Positions 26,259 to 36,455 of a DNA stretch of 64,000 bases are shown here, piece by piece. The stretch lies in the IMG/VR virus record IMGVR_UViG_3300032092_000009, positions 46,869 to 110,868 of that record. The stretch is one strand, 5' to 3'. Each line of letters begins with the position of its first letter. Position 1 is the stretch's first letter. The position numbers and the translations under genes were made by a program. Below the pieces are notes generated by a model. The model had not been told where the DNA came from. It saw nothing but the letters and a program-made list of their open reading frames with translations, and searched no databases. This stretch comes from a virus. Lineage: Duplodnaviria > Caudoviricetes.

Positions 26259-27935
26259 ATGTCTACTTGTCTTGATTGTTTCGGAACATATACAAACACT
26301 CCCTGCGATTCAGTAGGGTGTTTGTCAACTAACTACGGTAAGTGTATTACTTACTCTGGTTTGCCCTTAGCCTGTGGAACAGGTGCTATTTCAACTGTTA
26401 GCAAAGCAGGTTTAGCATTAAGCCCTACTGTAATAACTGAGTATACCGTTTCTCCTACAGGAGGATCAGGTTCAGGAGCTTCTGTAAAAGTTACACGTAC
26501 TCCTGGCTCTAACGCTTACACAGTAACTCTTCTTAACGGAGGTTCAGGTTATACAGTAGGTAACTTCCTCACTGTATTGGGAACTTCTTTGGGTGGAGCG
26601 ACTCCTGCAAATGATTTGACATTGCAAGTAACAACTCTTGCAGCTATTATCAATACTGGAGCTAACTTAGACGTTGTAGTATCAAATCTACACCAACGTA
26701 TCTGTAACCTTACAGCATCAGGTTTAGATTACTCTGCATACTCATACAGTTGTTTGAGAGTAGGTGGAGCATTGACAGGTATTGGTACACCCATTACAAC
26801 TGCTCAACAATTTGTAGAATCTACTGCAAGTGCTTTGTGTTCTTTGAATACTCGTACTCTTGCTTTAGAGACTCCTACCTTTACAGTTCCTGGTTGTATC
26901 TCTTTGACTTCTGGAGTATCTACTCTTAGTCAGATCTTGACTGCATACGGATCTAAAATCTGTACTATCAATACAAGTGTTGATATGACTGGGGTTTTGG
27001 GTAATCCTTGTATTGCTTTTGCATTCTCTACTAAGCCTACTTCTACTGTAGTTTCTGATTACTTTAACTGGGTAACTAGTAACATGTGCTCAATGTACCA
27101 AGATCTTTCAAGTGACTTGGTTACTACAGGCGCAACTGTAGCTAGTTTGAAAACTTACGTAGCAGGTGTAGGATCTATTCCTGCATCTATTAATACTTCT
27201 TGTATCCCTGGTGGTTCTAGCACAAGTACTTTGAGTGCAGCAGCTATCTTGTTTACTAGTCAGATCTGTGCTATCAACACGGCATTGGCTTCTATTCCAG
27301 CTACTAACTACGCTTTGACTTGGGCTACTAACTTTGGCTCTACTGCTTACTATGGTTATACTTTTAACTATACTAACACAAGTACTACTCTCCAAACACA
27401 ATTGGATCGTGTAGTAGCTACTTTGGGTAGAATGAAGCTTAAGTTGAATCCTGCTCACTTTACTGCTACTAGTGATTCAGATGGTCTTAATATTTCTCTA
27501 GTTAGTACAGGTGGTGGCGCTACCCCAAGTTTTGTAAACTTGACAGCTGGCACTCTTACTAACGCTGTAGTAGTTTCTTCTGCAAGATTCCCTATTGGTA
27601 GTTTGCCTAAACTTCAGAAGTATGGTAACGTTGTTACTATCATTGGAAGTTTGGCTGTAAATGCTACTGGTTCATTTACTTGGACTCACGGACAATCTTT
27701 AACTATTGCAAACATTCCTGCAGGTTATGCTCCTCTCTATACTCAAGTGTTCGATGTATTGATTCTTAAGTATGCTACAACTTCTGGTACTCCATCTACG
27801 GCTGTATACCATGGTGCATGCTATTTGAACGGTACTGATCTTGTTGTAGAGTTGAATAACCCAGCAGCTTCAGTGACATTATCTGGTACAGAATCCCTCG
27901 AAATTTTTGTCGGAGGAAGATCGTACGCAGTTTAA
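26259..27935 (+). CDS. Cys/Thr/Ser-rich fibre or spike protein
   Basis: ATG at 26259; KCITYSG motif shared with the upstream gene; GGSGSGA..GGSGYTVG module; C-terminal KYGNVVTIIG..IPAGYAP head domain. Confidence 0.6.
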   Translation: MSTCLDCFGTYTNTPCDSVGCLSTNYGKCITYSGLPLACGTGAISTVSKAGLALSPTVITEYTVSPTGGSGSGASVKVTRTPGSNAYTVTLLNGGSGYTVGNFLTVLGTSLGGATPANDLTLQVTTLAAIINTGANLDVVVSNLHQRICNLTASGLDYSAYSYSCLRVGGALTGIGTPITTAQQFVESTASALCSLNTRTLALETPTFTVPGCISLTSGVSTLSQILTAYGSKICTINTSVDMTGVLGNPCIAFAFSTKPTSTVVSDYFNWVTSNMCSMYQDLSSDLVTTGATVASLKTYVAGVGSIPASINTSCIPGGSSTSTLSAAAILFTSQICAINTALASIPATNYALTWATNFGSTAYYGYTFNYTNTSTTLQTQLDRVVATLGRMKLKLNPAHFTATSDSDGLNISLVSTGGGATPSFVNLTAGTLTNAVVVSSARFPIGSLPKLQKYGNVVTIIGSLAVNATGSFTWTHGQSLTIANIPAGYAPLYTQVFDVLILKYATTSGTPSTAVYHGACYLNGTDLVVELNNPAASVTLSGTESLEIFVGGRSYAV

Positions 27936-27981
27936 TATAAATCTTGACAGGGTTTTTTTGGTTGGTTTTCCTGTCATCTTG

Positions 27982-28014
27982 CTAGTAGGAGCCTGCGAAA
28001 GTGGGCTCTTCTAG
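27982..28014 (+). terminator. Hairpin with GAAA loop (terminator-like)
   Basis: CTAG-T-AGGAGCCTGC-GAAA-GTGGGCTCTT-CTAG. Confidence 0.6.
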
Positions 28015-28028
28015 TTCTTAAATAACAC

Positions 28029-28059
28029 TTGACTTAACTTTAAAATTAAATTATATTTG
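28029..28059 (+). promoter_or_regulatory. Bacteroidota-type promoter
   Basis: TTGAC at 28029, TATATTTG at 28052-28059. Confidence 0.75.
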
Positions 28060-28095
28060 TATTAGACCTTAAATTGACCCAAACTATATTCTGAC

Positions 28096-28737
28096 ATGTA
28101 CACGAATTCGGATTTAATTGCCAGAGTCAAAAGCGCTAACAAGTTTGTTAGTGATGATGACATGATTAGTGATCGTTATATATACGGGTTACTTAAGACT
28201 AAAGCTTCTACATTATTGAGAAGAGAGATTAACCTAAGAAGGTTGCTTACTTCAGATAATGTTTACCAAGCTTATGAATGCGTACATCTAATCGAAGCTC
28301 CTGGTTCAGAGTGTGATTTGAAATGCCCTATACGTAGAACTAAAAACAAACTACCTAAAATTGATGAGGGCTTGTATTCTTACTTTATCCAGGGTGTGTT
28401 CAACACTTCTAACTCGGAGGAACTTTTTCCTACTACTATTAGAGATTTTATTAATCACAGCTCTTTACGTTTTAAGACCCCTAAAAAATACTATACTATC
28501 CGCAATGGATACCTTTATGTTTTAGATCCTGATGTAGAGTGTGTGAATATGTATGCTTACTTTACAGAGTCTATCGAAGACTTAGACGGTAGTCAGTGTA
28601 TGAGCATGTACGATAAACAGTTTAAGTTTCCTGGATACTTAACTGATACATTGATCGAGATGTGCAATCAGTCGCTTATCAACTATCATAAATTACCTTA
28701 TGAGACAGAGGATAACAACAGAGACGAACCCAACTAA
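28096..28737 (+). CDS. Tail ring protein
   Basis: SDDDMISDRYI, RTKNKLP, YTIRNGYLY; crAss-like synteny before the IHF gene. Confidence 0.6.
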   Translation: MYTNSDLIARVKSANKFVSDDDMISDRYIYGLLKTKASTLLRREINLRRLLTSDNVYQAYECVHLIEAPGSECDLKCPIRRTKNKLPKIDEGLYSYFIQGVFNTSNSEELFPTTIRDFINHSSLRFKTPKKYYTIRNGYLYVLDPDVECVNMYAYFTESIEDLDGSQCMSMYDKQFKFPGYLTDTLIEMCNQSLINYHKLPYETEDNNRDEPN

Positions 28738-28739
28738 TT

Positions 28740-29243
28740 ATGTCGAAAGACTTTATAAAACCAAACAAACAAACCTACGTTAGACTGAAAGAAAGAGACA
28801 CTAGTTCTGATACTAATTATCTCAGTCTTAAAGCCTATCATCTGTTCTTAAAAGAAACTAAACGTAAAGACATTACCTATAAGCAGTTTTGTGGTGTTCC
28901 TAAAAAGATCCACTTAAAACTTATGGAGAGGTTGTTACGAGGAAGATACTCTCTGAGGTTCCCAAACTTCGGATCAATTAAAATTGTAAAAACTGAAAAT
29001 GCACTTAAAGAAGGTAAACATACAATTATTAATTGGAAATACTATAAAGAAACAGGTATCAAAGTGCCTTATAGAAACTCACATACCGATGGTGCCATCT
29101 ATAAGTTTCACTTGTATCCATATTCTAAACGAGTAGCACAATTTGGTTTCTATGACTTACGAATGTCTAACAGACATAAGAAAGCCTTAGCAGACGCAAT
29201 TAATAATAACAAGATAAACATTTCACCACCTCCCCAATACTAA
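28740..29243 (+). CDS. crAss-type IHF-like protein
   Basis: Basic; LRFPNFGSIKI, INWK..KETG..Y.NSHTDG..YKF. Confidence 0.65.
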   Translation: MSKDFIKPNKQTYVRLKERDTSSDTNYLSLKAYHLFLKETKRKDITYKQFCGVPKKIHLKLMERLLRGRYSLRFPNFGSIKIVKTENALKEGKHTIINWKYYKETGIKVPYRNSHTDGAIYKFHLYPYSKRVAQFGFYDLRMSNRHKKALADAINNNKINISPPPQY

Positions 29244-29247
29244 AAAA

Positions 29248-30090
29248 ATGAAATACGATAACACTAACTTTATTTCTTCTGAACCTCTAGTTGCTGAAGT
29301 TAAGCAGGAGCTTAAGTCGTACTTTGAAGCTGGTGCTATCAGTGAGGTTTTGATTCCCACTATTATAGATCAGGCACTCCGTAAACTTAGAGTTATGGTA
29401 CTTAAGCCTGAAGAAGCTGTACTTACATTCTCTGGATATAAATCTGAATTACCTTGTGACTTTGCTTTACTTGATCATGCTTTGTTGTATGATGCAGATG
29501 TAGAGTGGTATGCAGGAGTTAATTCTATGAGAGGGTACTGGTGGCAAAACCTCGAATGCACAGGAGGTTGTGATGGAGGAGATTGCGTTAAGCAAGAAAA
29601 CTACTACGAAACTATCAGTGTACCTACTCCTGGATTTAAACTTACAATGAAGCACCCTAAAATGCTTCGTGTTTACCATGGCTCTAAAGCTTTGTGTACA
29701 GAAGGATGTGAGAACTTAAGTGTTTCCTCTCCTGATGTTTTACAAATTTTCCCGAATAAAAGCATTACTGCTACGTTTGAAACAGGCTGTGTTTACCTTA
29801 GATATTACTCACGTCCAATGGACGATGATAACTTACCTATGGTGCCAGAAATTCTTGAGGTTGAAGAGTATGTCAAGTCTTATCTTAAGTTTAAATTTTT
29901 TGAGCAGCTTTGGCATTCAGTAGTTGACGAAAGTCAACGTCAAGTAGAAGCCAAGTTTCAATACTACAGACAAGATCAATTGAATAAACTACAAGCTGCT
30001 AATGGATTCTTGTTGACGTACACTAAGCAACAGATGGCAGATAACGTAGCTAGAACCAGAACTCGCTTTAATAAGTTCTACATCTCCTAA
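29248..30090 (+). CDS. Tail tubular/ring protein
   Basis: ELPCDF and VYLRYYSRPMDDDNLPMVPE motifs; lies upstream of the muzzle gene. Confidence 0.65.
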   Translation: MKYDNTNFISSEPLVAEVKQELKSYFEAGAISEVLIPTIIDQALRKLRVMVLKPEEAVLTFSGYKSELPCDFALLDHALLYDADVEWYAGVNSMRGYWWQNLECTGGCDGGDCVKQENYYETISVPTPGFKLTMKHPKMLRVYHGSKALCTEGCENLSVSSPDVLQIFPNKSITATFETGCVYLRYYSRPMDDDNLPMVPEILEVEEYVKSYLKFKFFEQLWHSVVDESQRQVEAKFQYYRQDQLNKLQAANGFLLTYTKQQMADNVARTRTRFNKFYIS

Positions 30091-30095
30091 TTTTA

Positions 30096-33000
30096 ATGCA
30101 AAACAAAATCAATCAGAACACGGCAGGTTTAAACCTTGATTCGGTTAATTACCAGATCAAGGAGAACATGATTACGTATGCCTTGAATGCAAACGTGCAG
30201 TCTCATGATGGTAACTCAACCACATATACTAACGAGCCTTCAAACCAAATCTGTTATGATTTTAGTTTAACTTATCCTGGATTTAAAATACTTAATGTTT
30301 TAAGTATTACAGAACAGTCTAAGTTAATTGTTTTCTTAGCTCATCCAGATGGCAGATCGCTTATTGGAGAGTTAACTAATTTAAATAAAGATTGTACTAC
30401 ACTAACAGAAACAGAAACAGATTGTGGTTGTATCTCTGGAACAGTAGTAACTAACGTAGTGAATAGTGCAACAGGTTGTTGCACTTTTACCCCATTAATT
30501 GTAGATAACTGTTGTGATTGTACAGATTGCTACAGATACTCTGCTCAATCAATAAACAATACTCCTTACTCTATAACTTACGTAAATTGTAACGGAGTAG
30601 AAGTAACAGATACTTTTCCTTCAGGTATAGGAACATTTACTGCTAGAAAGAACAAATATATTCTTCCTTCAGATGTTGAGATACTTGATAGCAATCTAGA
30701 GTCTCAGGGACAGTGTGTTCCTAAAACTTCTGACTGCTGTCTAAAATTGTCTACAGATTTTCCTGTGTACTCTGAGTACAGAATTGATAACTGTGAAACA
30801 AAGGTTTACTTTATTGCAAGAAATATACAACCTCGTTACTTCTCTTTAGAAGAACCTTTGGGTCGTGATCAATGTGGAGATGCCCTTGACTGTCTTACAG
30901 ACGCTTGTGAGCGCTTAAAACTATTCCCTGACTTTTGCCAAGCAGATATCTATCCAACAGCAATTGACTCAGGTGGAAGACTTAAGGGAGGTGTATACTC
31001 TTTCTCAGTGGCTTATGCAGATGAGAATGGAAAAGAACTTACAGATTACGTAGACTTCAGTAATCCTATTGCAATCTTTGAGCGAGCTATTACTGAACAA
31101 ACAGAGTACGAAACCTCTAAGTCTATCAGAGTATCAATAGATCACAGTACTACAATCTTTGATTACTTTAATCTAGTTGTAGCAGAAAATATAAATGAAG
31201 TAACTACATACCAACTGGTAGGTACTTACAGAGTAAATCAATCTACTTATAGAGACTCTTTAGTTTACACTGGAGATTACTCTTCTACTTTCTCTTCTAT
31301 TGTCCCTCTCATCCGCAGTCCTCACTACGAGACAGCAGAGATTATTGAGAAACAGAATGACATCTTGATGTTGGCTGATTTGGTAGAGACTCCTAAGTAT
31401 AACTTTCAATTACTTGCTAATAAGATTAAACTTCGCTGGGAAACTGTAAAGATGCCAGTTGATAATAAGTTTGATTACTCTAATCCAGAAATCGCTTACT
31501 TCTTTAGAACTTATCAGAGGGATGAAGTTTATCCTTTTGGTATTAAGTTTAAACTAAAGAACGGTAAGTATACAGATGTATTTCATATTCCAGGTAGAGA
31601 AGTATTTCCAAACTCAGATGAGAGATCACTTATCTATCATGATAGTAACCCAGATGCATTTGGTACAGTTAACGATTGTATAGTTACAGACAGAGAAGAG
31701 AAATGGAAAGTATATAACACAGCTACAACTGGTATTACTCCTCCTAACAATACCCCTTCTTTACAAGAAGCTCAATACTCTTGTAAGATTACAGTAGAAA
31801 CTGGTGGGGAATTTGCTTACTGGGAATCTACTGAAACTTATCCTTGTTATGAAGAAGTGTGGGGAGCCTTAGCAGGTCAACCTATTCGTCACCACAAGTT
31901 CCCAGAGAATGCTAAGTCACATATCCACGCAGATGGGGATGACTTTATCTATCCTATCGGAGTACGTCTCTGGAGTGAAAGTTTGTTTGCATCTATCCTA
32001 GATACAGAAACAGTATACGATCCTTTGAATACTTATGGTAATCATCAGATACCTGTTAAAGAGTTGATCTGTGGTTATGAGTTAGTAAGAGGTAATCGTG
32101 TAAACAATAAATCAGTAGTAGCTAAAGGACTTGTTTACGATGTAGGATCTTTCAGAGATGTTAAGTCAGGTAGAGAATTCTATTATCCTAACTATCCTTA
32201 TAACTCCTTGGAGGATGACGCTTACATCAAATCTACTCCAGACTGGTATAACAAAGCTGATAGAGGATTAGAAGAATCTAATGCTGATTTTAGTTCTGGA
32301 CTACGTCTTCATAAAGGTTTTAATGTTATTGGTTCTCGCTATACATTTCATTCTCCTGATACACACTTCCAGTATCCTAAGATTGGTACAGAACTTAAGC
32401 TAGAGACTGTAGAGTACGGTAAAGTACAGGGTAAGTTTGTTCCTGTATTAGATCATCCACAGTATAAGTTTTTGACAACTGCAGACTATGCGGTTACTGC
32501 AGTATTAGCAGATGCTTTATCTTTAGCTTTTGAATCAGAACTTACAACTACTCCTACTCCAGGGGCTGCAACTAGGTGGAAAGCAGATGCTCTAGCTATA
32601 CTTACAAATAACCAGATATTTATAGATCTACTTGAGAAGTTAATTCCTAATACAAACTTTGCTTATCAGTTTAACTCAGTAGGAGAGTACAAAAGATTCC
32701 TTCCTATTACAACTATAGGCAACAGAAGAAGATTCTTAGATATTGGTTTATATGCTAACGACAAGATTGTAGAACTGAATGACGACAAGCCTCTTCATAA
32801 TAGACTAAGAGAAACTTCAGTTTATCTTAAGACTAGTGGATCATTCTCTACAGAATATGCTAGTATTGTAGATAATAGTCGTTACACAATAGGACAAAAG
32901 AATCTACAAAACAATCCAGAACAGATTGTTGAGAGCGATACAAGAGCATACTACGCTTCTGTTAAGAGAAACTTTCCTAATCAGTATGGACAGATTGAAA

Positions 33001-35159
33001 ATATTACTTATGTTTCTACTGGCTACTCTTGTTCTGTTTACACAGACATTACTAATACGCTAAAGATCAAGGCTAAGTATTATCCTGCATTTGGAGGAGA
33101 TACGTTCATTAACAAGTTTGCACTTAAACGTAAGCACTCTTTCTTTACTCGTAACCTTGCTAATCTTCCTGCTAAAGTAGACAACGTTCCTTTTGATTAC
33201 TGGTTGTATCCTAATCTAGGATACCCTACATACTACATCGGAGAGTCTCCTGCTACTATTGATAATGCAGCTTACACAGCATTACTTGCGGGACTATCTG
33301 CAGCAATAGCAGCGGCTATAGCAGCATCAGCAACTGGGGCTCCTTCTGGAGTTGCAATGAATTCTGCAATCTCAGGAGCACTAGCTACTGCTTATGCTCT
33401 GTTTGTTAAAAAGAATAACCTAGATGCAGATCCTCAATCATTCTTTTACCAGAAAGGGTTCTTCTATACAGCTTCTTATGGTATTCCTGTATTCTATGTA
33501 GAGTCTGATATTAACGTAGATCTACGTCATGGAAGAAATGACCTAGAAGAGAACTTCTATCCTAACGTAGGAGATGGTATTCCAGATGAGTGGTTGCATG
33601 AAGTTAACGTACCTATTAAGTTTGACAACTTCTATAGTTACAATGCTACTTACTCTGCACAAAATCTAAGTCCTAACCTTCCATATAGATTAAAGTATCC
33701 TTCACTAGAGTGTTTGTCTATCCATAACAACCGAGTAATCTACTCAGATCCTGCAAACTCTTCTAACTATCTTTCTGATGCTTGGCGAGTATTCCGTCCA
33801 GGAAACTTCTATGACTTTCCTAAGCAAGGTGGCCGCTTAATTGATTTGAATGCGGGAGAGAACGAAAGAGTGTATGCTAGATTTGAGAATACAACTAAAG
33901 TATACAACTCTCGTATCACCCTAAGTACTAACTCTCCTTATCAGTTAGAGATTGGTAGTGCAGAGATGTTCAAACAAAAACCTGTAGATCTTGCTAAAAC
34001 AGATCTAGGTTATATTGGAACTCAACACAAAGCTTACGTTAAGTGTGAGTATGGAACATTCTGGGTAGATGCTAAACGTGGTCACATCTATCAGATCACA
34101 GGAGACGGATTCAACGAGATTAAAACAGAAAGTAACTTTAACTGGTTTAAACAGAATCTTCCTTTCCAAATCCTAAAAGATATTTCAAATGCAGACATAG
34201 ACAATCCACCGATTGGCTTAGGTATTGTTATGGGATGGGACGAAAGGTATGAGAGGGTATTTATTACTAAGTTAGACTACAGAGTTAAACCTGAGTTTAG
34301 AGCAGGCAATCCTTCAGTAGTTAAATACATTACAGATACTTCGGATACTAATTATAGAAAATATGTACTAGAGGGTGGAAGTACTCAAGTAGAGATTACT
34401 TTTGGTGATCCTGCATTCTTTGAGAATAAGTCTTGGACAGTTGCTTACTCACCAAAACTTAAAAACTTTATTTCTTTCTACTCATTCCTTCCAAACTTCT
34501 TTGTTCCTATGTTGGGTAACTTCCAAACAGTTATCAATACTTCTGCAGGAGCATCTACTTGGAACCATAATCTTTCTATCTTTACTTACCAGACTTACTA
34601 CAACAAACTCTATCCTTACATCATAGAGTACAATGTAAACTCTTTCCCTCAGGTATCTACAGTTAACTCTATTACTTTGATGCAGGACATCCAAGAATAT
34701 TACTCTGACTACGAGTACTACTCTTTGTCTACTGCAAATAAAAAGAACTTAGCAAACTTTACTAAGGCAATCATCTATAACAAAGAACAGTCCTCTGGTA
34801 TTATTAAGTTGATTCCTGAAGAGTTCGGTAACACAAGACAGAAGATTACCTATCCTAGAATGACTACAACGGGCATAGAAGCGCTTATCTCTCGTAGAGA
34901 ACACTTGTATACCTTTAACGGATTTTGGAACGTTGCAGCGCAAGGAAATGGACAACCACTTTGGTCTACTCAATGGAGTGACTTGATTACTCAGTATCCA
35001 ATAGACAAGATACCAAACACTAAGAGTGTAAGACCTGTATCTGTATCTTACCAGAAGTCTAAGATTAAATCAGACTTTGCTAAAGTAAGATTGATTCAAG
35101 ATCAGTACTCTAGATTTAAGTTTATCAATACAATCCAAATAACTCAAACCAACCCATAA
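30096..35159 (+). CDS. Tail stabilisation / muzzle protein
   Basis: 1687 aa; GLNLD..YALNA start, YQRDEVYPFGI, RHHKFP, FHSPD, FGGDTFI, SWTVAYS..FISFYSFLP motifs. Confidence 0.8.
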   Translation: MQNKINQNTAGLNLDSVNYQIKENMITYALNANVQSHDGNSTTYTNEPSNQICYDFSLTYPGFKILNVLSITEQSKLIVFLAHPDGRSLIGELTNLNKDCTTLTETETDCGCISGTVVTNVVNSATGCCTFTPLIVDNCCDCTDCYRYSAQSINNTPYSITYVNCNGVEVTDTFPSGIGTFTARKNKYILPSDVEILDSNLESQGQCVPKTSDCCLKLSTDFPVYSEYRIDNCETKVYFIARNIQPRYFSLEEPLGRDQCGDALDCLTDACERLKLFPDFCQADIYPTAIDSGGRLKGGVYSFSVAYADENGKELTDYVDFSNPIAIFERAITEQTEYETSKSIRVSIDHSTTIFDYFNLVVAENINEVTTYQLVGTYRVNQSTYRDSLVYTGDYSSTFSSIVPLIRSPHYETAEIIEKQNDILMLADLVETPKYNFQLLANKIKLRWETVKMPVDNKFDYSNPEIAYFFRTYQRDEVYPFGIKFKLKNGKYTDVFHIPGREVFPNSDERSLIYHDSNPDAFGTVNDCIVTDREEKWKVYNTATTGITPPNNTPSLQEAQYSCKITVETGGEFAYWESTETYPCYEEVWGALAGQPIRHHKFPENAKSHIHADGDDFIYPIGVRLWSESLFASILDTETVYDPLNTYGNHQIPVKELICGYELVRGNRVNNKSVVAKGLVYDVGSFRDVKSGREFYYPNYPYNSLEDDAYIKSTPDWYNKADRGLEESNADFSSGLRLHKGFNVIGSRYTFHSPDTHFQYPKIGTELKLETVEYGKVQGKFVPVLDHPQYKFLTTADYAVTAVLADALSLAFESELTTTPTPGAATRWKADALAILTNNQIFIDLLEKLIPNTNFAYQFNSVGEYKRFLPITTIGNRRRFLDIGLYANDKIVELNDDKPLHNRLRETSVYLKTSGSFSTEYASIVDNSRYTIGQKNLQNNPEQIVESDTRAYYASVKRNFPNQYGQIENITYVSTGYSCSVYTDITNTLKIKAKYYPAFGGDTFINKFALKRKHSFFTRNLANLPAKVDNVPFDYWLYPNLGYPTYYIGESPATIDNAAYTALLAGLSAAIAAAIAASATGAPSGVAMNSAISGALATAYALFVKKNNLDADPQSFFYQKGFFYTASYGIPVFYVESDINVDLRHGRNDLEENFYPNVGDGIPDEWLHEVNVPIKFDNFYSYNATYSAQNLSPNLPYRLKYPSLECLSIHNNRVIYSDPANSSNYLSDAWRVFRPGNFYDFPKQGGRLIDLNAGENERVYARFENTTKVYNSRITLSTNSPYQLEIGSAEMFKQKPVDLAKTDLGYIGTQHKAYVKCEYGTFWVDAKRGHIYQITGDGFNEIKTESNFNWFKQNLPFQILKDISNADIDNPPIGLGIVMGWDERYERVFITKLDYRVKPEFRAGNPSVVKYITDTSDTNYRKYVLEGGSTQVEITFGDPAFFENKSWTVAYSPKLKNFISFYSFLPNFFVPMLGNFQTVINTSAGASTWNHNLSIFTYQTYYNKLYPYIIEYNVNSFPQVSTVNSITLMQDIQEYYSDYEYYSLSTANKKNLANFTKAIIYNKEQSSGIIKLIPEEFGNTRQKITYPRMTTTGIEALISRREHLYTFNGFWNVAAQGNGQPLWSTQWSDLITQYPIDKIPNTKSVRPVSVSYQKSKIKSDFAKVRLIQDQYSRFKFINTIQITQTNP

Positions 35160-35163
35160 TACC

Positions 35164-35544
35164 ATGAAAGAAAAAGAACTTTTCACTACAGTCAAACCCG
35201 AGATAGTAATTGGACAGTTGTTCCAGTCTCGTGACATCATCCACATTGCACACTTGCAGACAACTTCTTTTAGTGAGCACAAAGCACTAGACGGTTACTA
35301 TACTGAGATTATTGGTTTAACTGATGATATCGTAGAGTCTTACTTCGGTACAATAGGTAAAAGACTTAACTTTAAGATTCCTGCATCTGAGTACATGAAT
35401 GCAAGAACTCACTTGATCTATATGAAAGACTATATGATGAAGCATCGTGGAGTATTTGGTATGGAGAATACCCACCTACAGAACTCAATTGATGAGGTAA
35501 TTAGTTTGATCACTAGTACCTTATATCAACTTACCTTAACTTAA
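35164..35544 (+). CDS. Ferritin/Dps-like protein (DUF5856-like)
   Basis: HIAHLQT..SEHKALDGYY...DDIVESYFG...LQNSIDE..YQLTL four-helix-bundle pattern. Confidence 0.7.
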   Translation: MKEKELFTTVKPEIVIGQLFQSRDIIHIAHLQTTSFSEHKALDGYYTEIIGLTDDIVESYFGTIGKRLNFKIPASEYMNARTHLIYMKDYMMKHRGVFGMENTHLQNSIDEVISLITSTLYQLTLT

Positions 35545-35559
35545 ACTAAATAAAACTAT

Positions 35560-35802
35560 ATGAATCGCTTAAAGAAAGCTTACTCTTCTTGCATGGAGTG
35601 CGGAGGTAAGAAAATGAAATCAGGAGGCAACTGGATTAAGAAAGCTATTAAGAAGCCAGGTTCTTTTACAGCTCAAGCTAAAAAGGCTGGAATGTCTGTA
35701 CCTGCTTTTCGTGACAAAGTATTGGCTAACAAGTCTGCCTACTCTTCTACTACAGTAAAGAGAGCTAACCTAGCTAAGACTCTTTCTAAAATGAAAAAGT
35801 AA
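35560..35802 (+). CDS. Small basic virion protein
   Basis: WIKKAIKKPGSFT...KRANLAKTL; xxGG motifs. Confidence 0.65.
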   Translation: MNRLKKAYSSCMECGGKKMKSGGNWIKKAIKKPGSFTAQAKKAGMSVPAFRDKVLANKSAYSSTTVKRANLAKTLSKMKK

Positions 35803-36455
35803 TGTTTGTACCAGGAGTAAATGGTTCTGTAATTCCTAGTGTCTCTTCAGGCTCAAAGCTTAAGGGTGCATATAAGAATTCTAAAAAGCGTAAGATGCCT
35901 AATGGAGGTTTAACTTATACTCCATATAGTCCAGCTCAAAACAGGTACACTGATAGTCCTGTACAAAAACCTATTGTTAAACCTAGAGTCGGAGATACTA
36001 TTAGTCCTAACTATGAACGTCTTTATACTGACCTAGGGGTAGATCTTGGATCTTATATTCCAGGTCCTGTAGGAAGAGGATTTAATGCTGTATCGGTTAT
36101 CAGGTCTGCTGATAACAATAGTTATAATCAAGGATTAGATCTTATGCCTGGTAAGAAAGCAAATACTATTAGTGTAGTAAATGATATTTATAATATATCC
36201 AATGCTAAGCCTTACAAGTATCAGGGTAGAAAACTAAAGGATGGAGGAGAAGTAGAGACAGAAGATGAGGATGAGTCAGAGGACGAATCAGAGGACGATA
36301 AAGAGATGGTAGATGGAGTAGCAAGTATCTTAAGAGGAGTTAAGAGTAAAGCTAATAGGTTGCAGTTAGCAAATAAACTTGCTAAACAATTTAATAGAGA
36401 AAAAGTAAATTATGACTTAAAATCATTCTTAAAGAAATCAAATGTAAAGAAATGA
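35802..36455 (+). CDS. Hypothetical internal virion protein
   Basis: Basic and acidic blocks separated by MPNGG and LKDGG. Confidence 0.55.
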   Translation: MFVPGVNGSVIPSVSSGSKLKGAYKNSKKRKMPNGGLTYTPYSPAQNRYTDSPVQKPIVKPRVGDTISPNYERLYTDLGVDLGSYIPGPVGRGFNAVSVIRSADNNSYNQGLDLMPGKKANTISVVNDIYNISNAKPYKYQGRKLKDGGEVETEDEDESEDESEDDKEMVDGVASILRGVKSKANRLQLANKLAKQFNREKVNYDLKSFLKKSNVKK

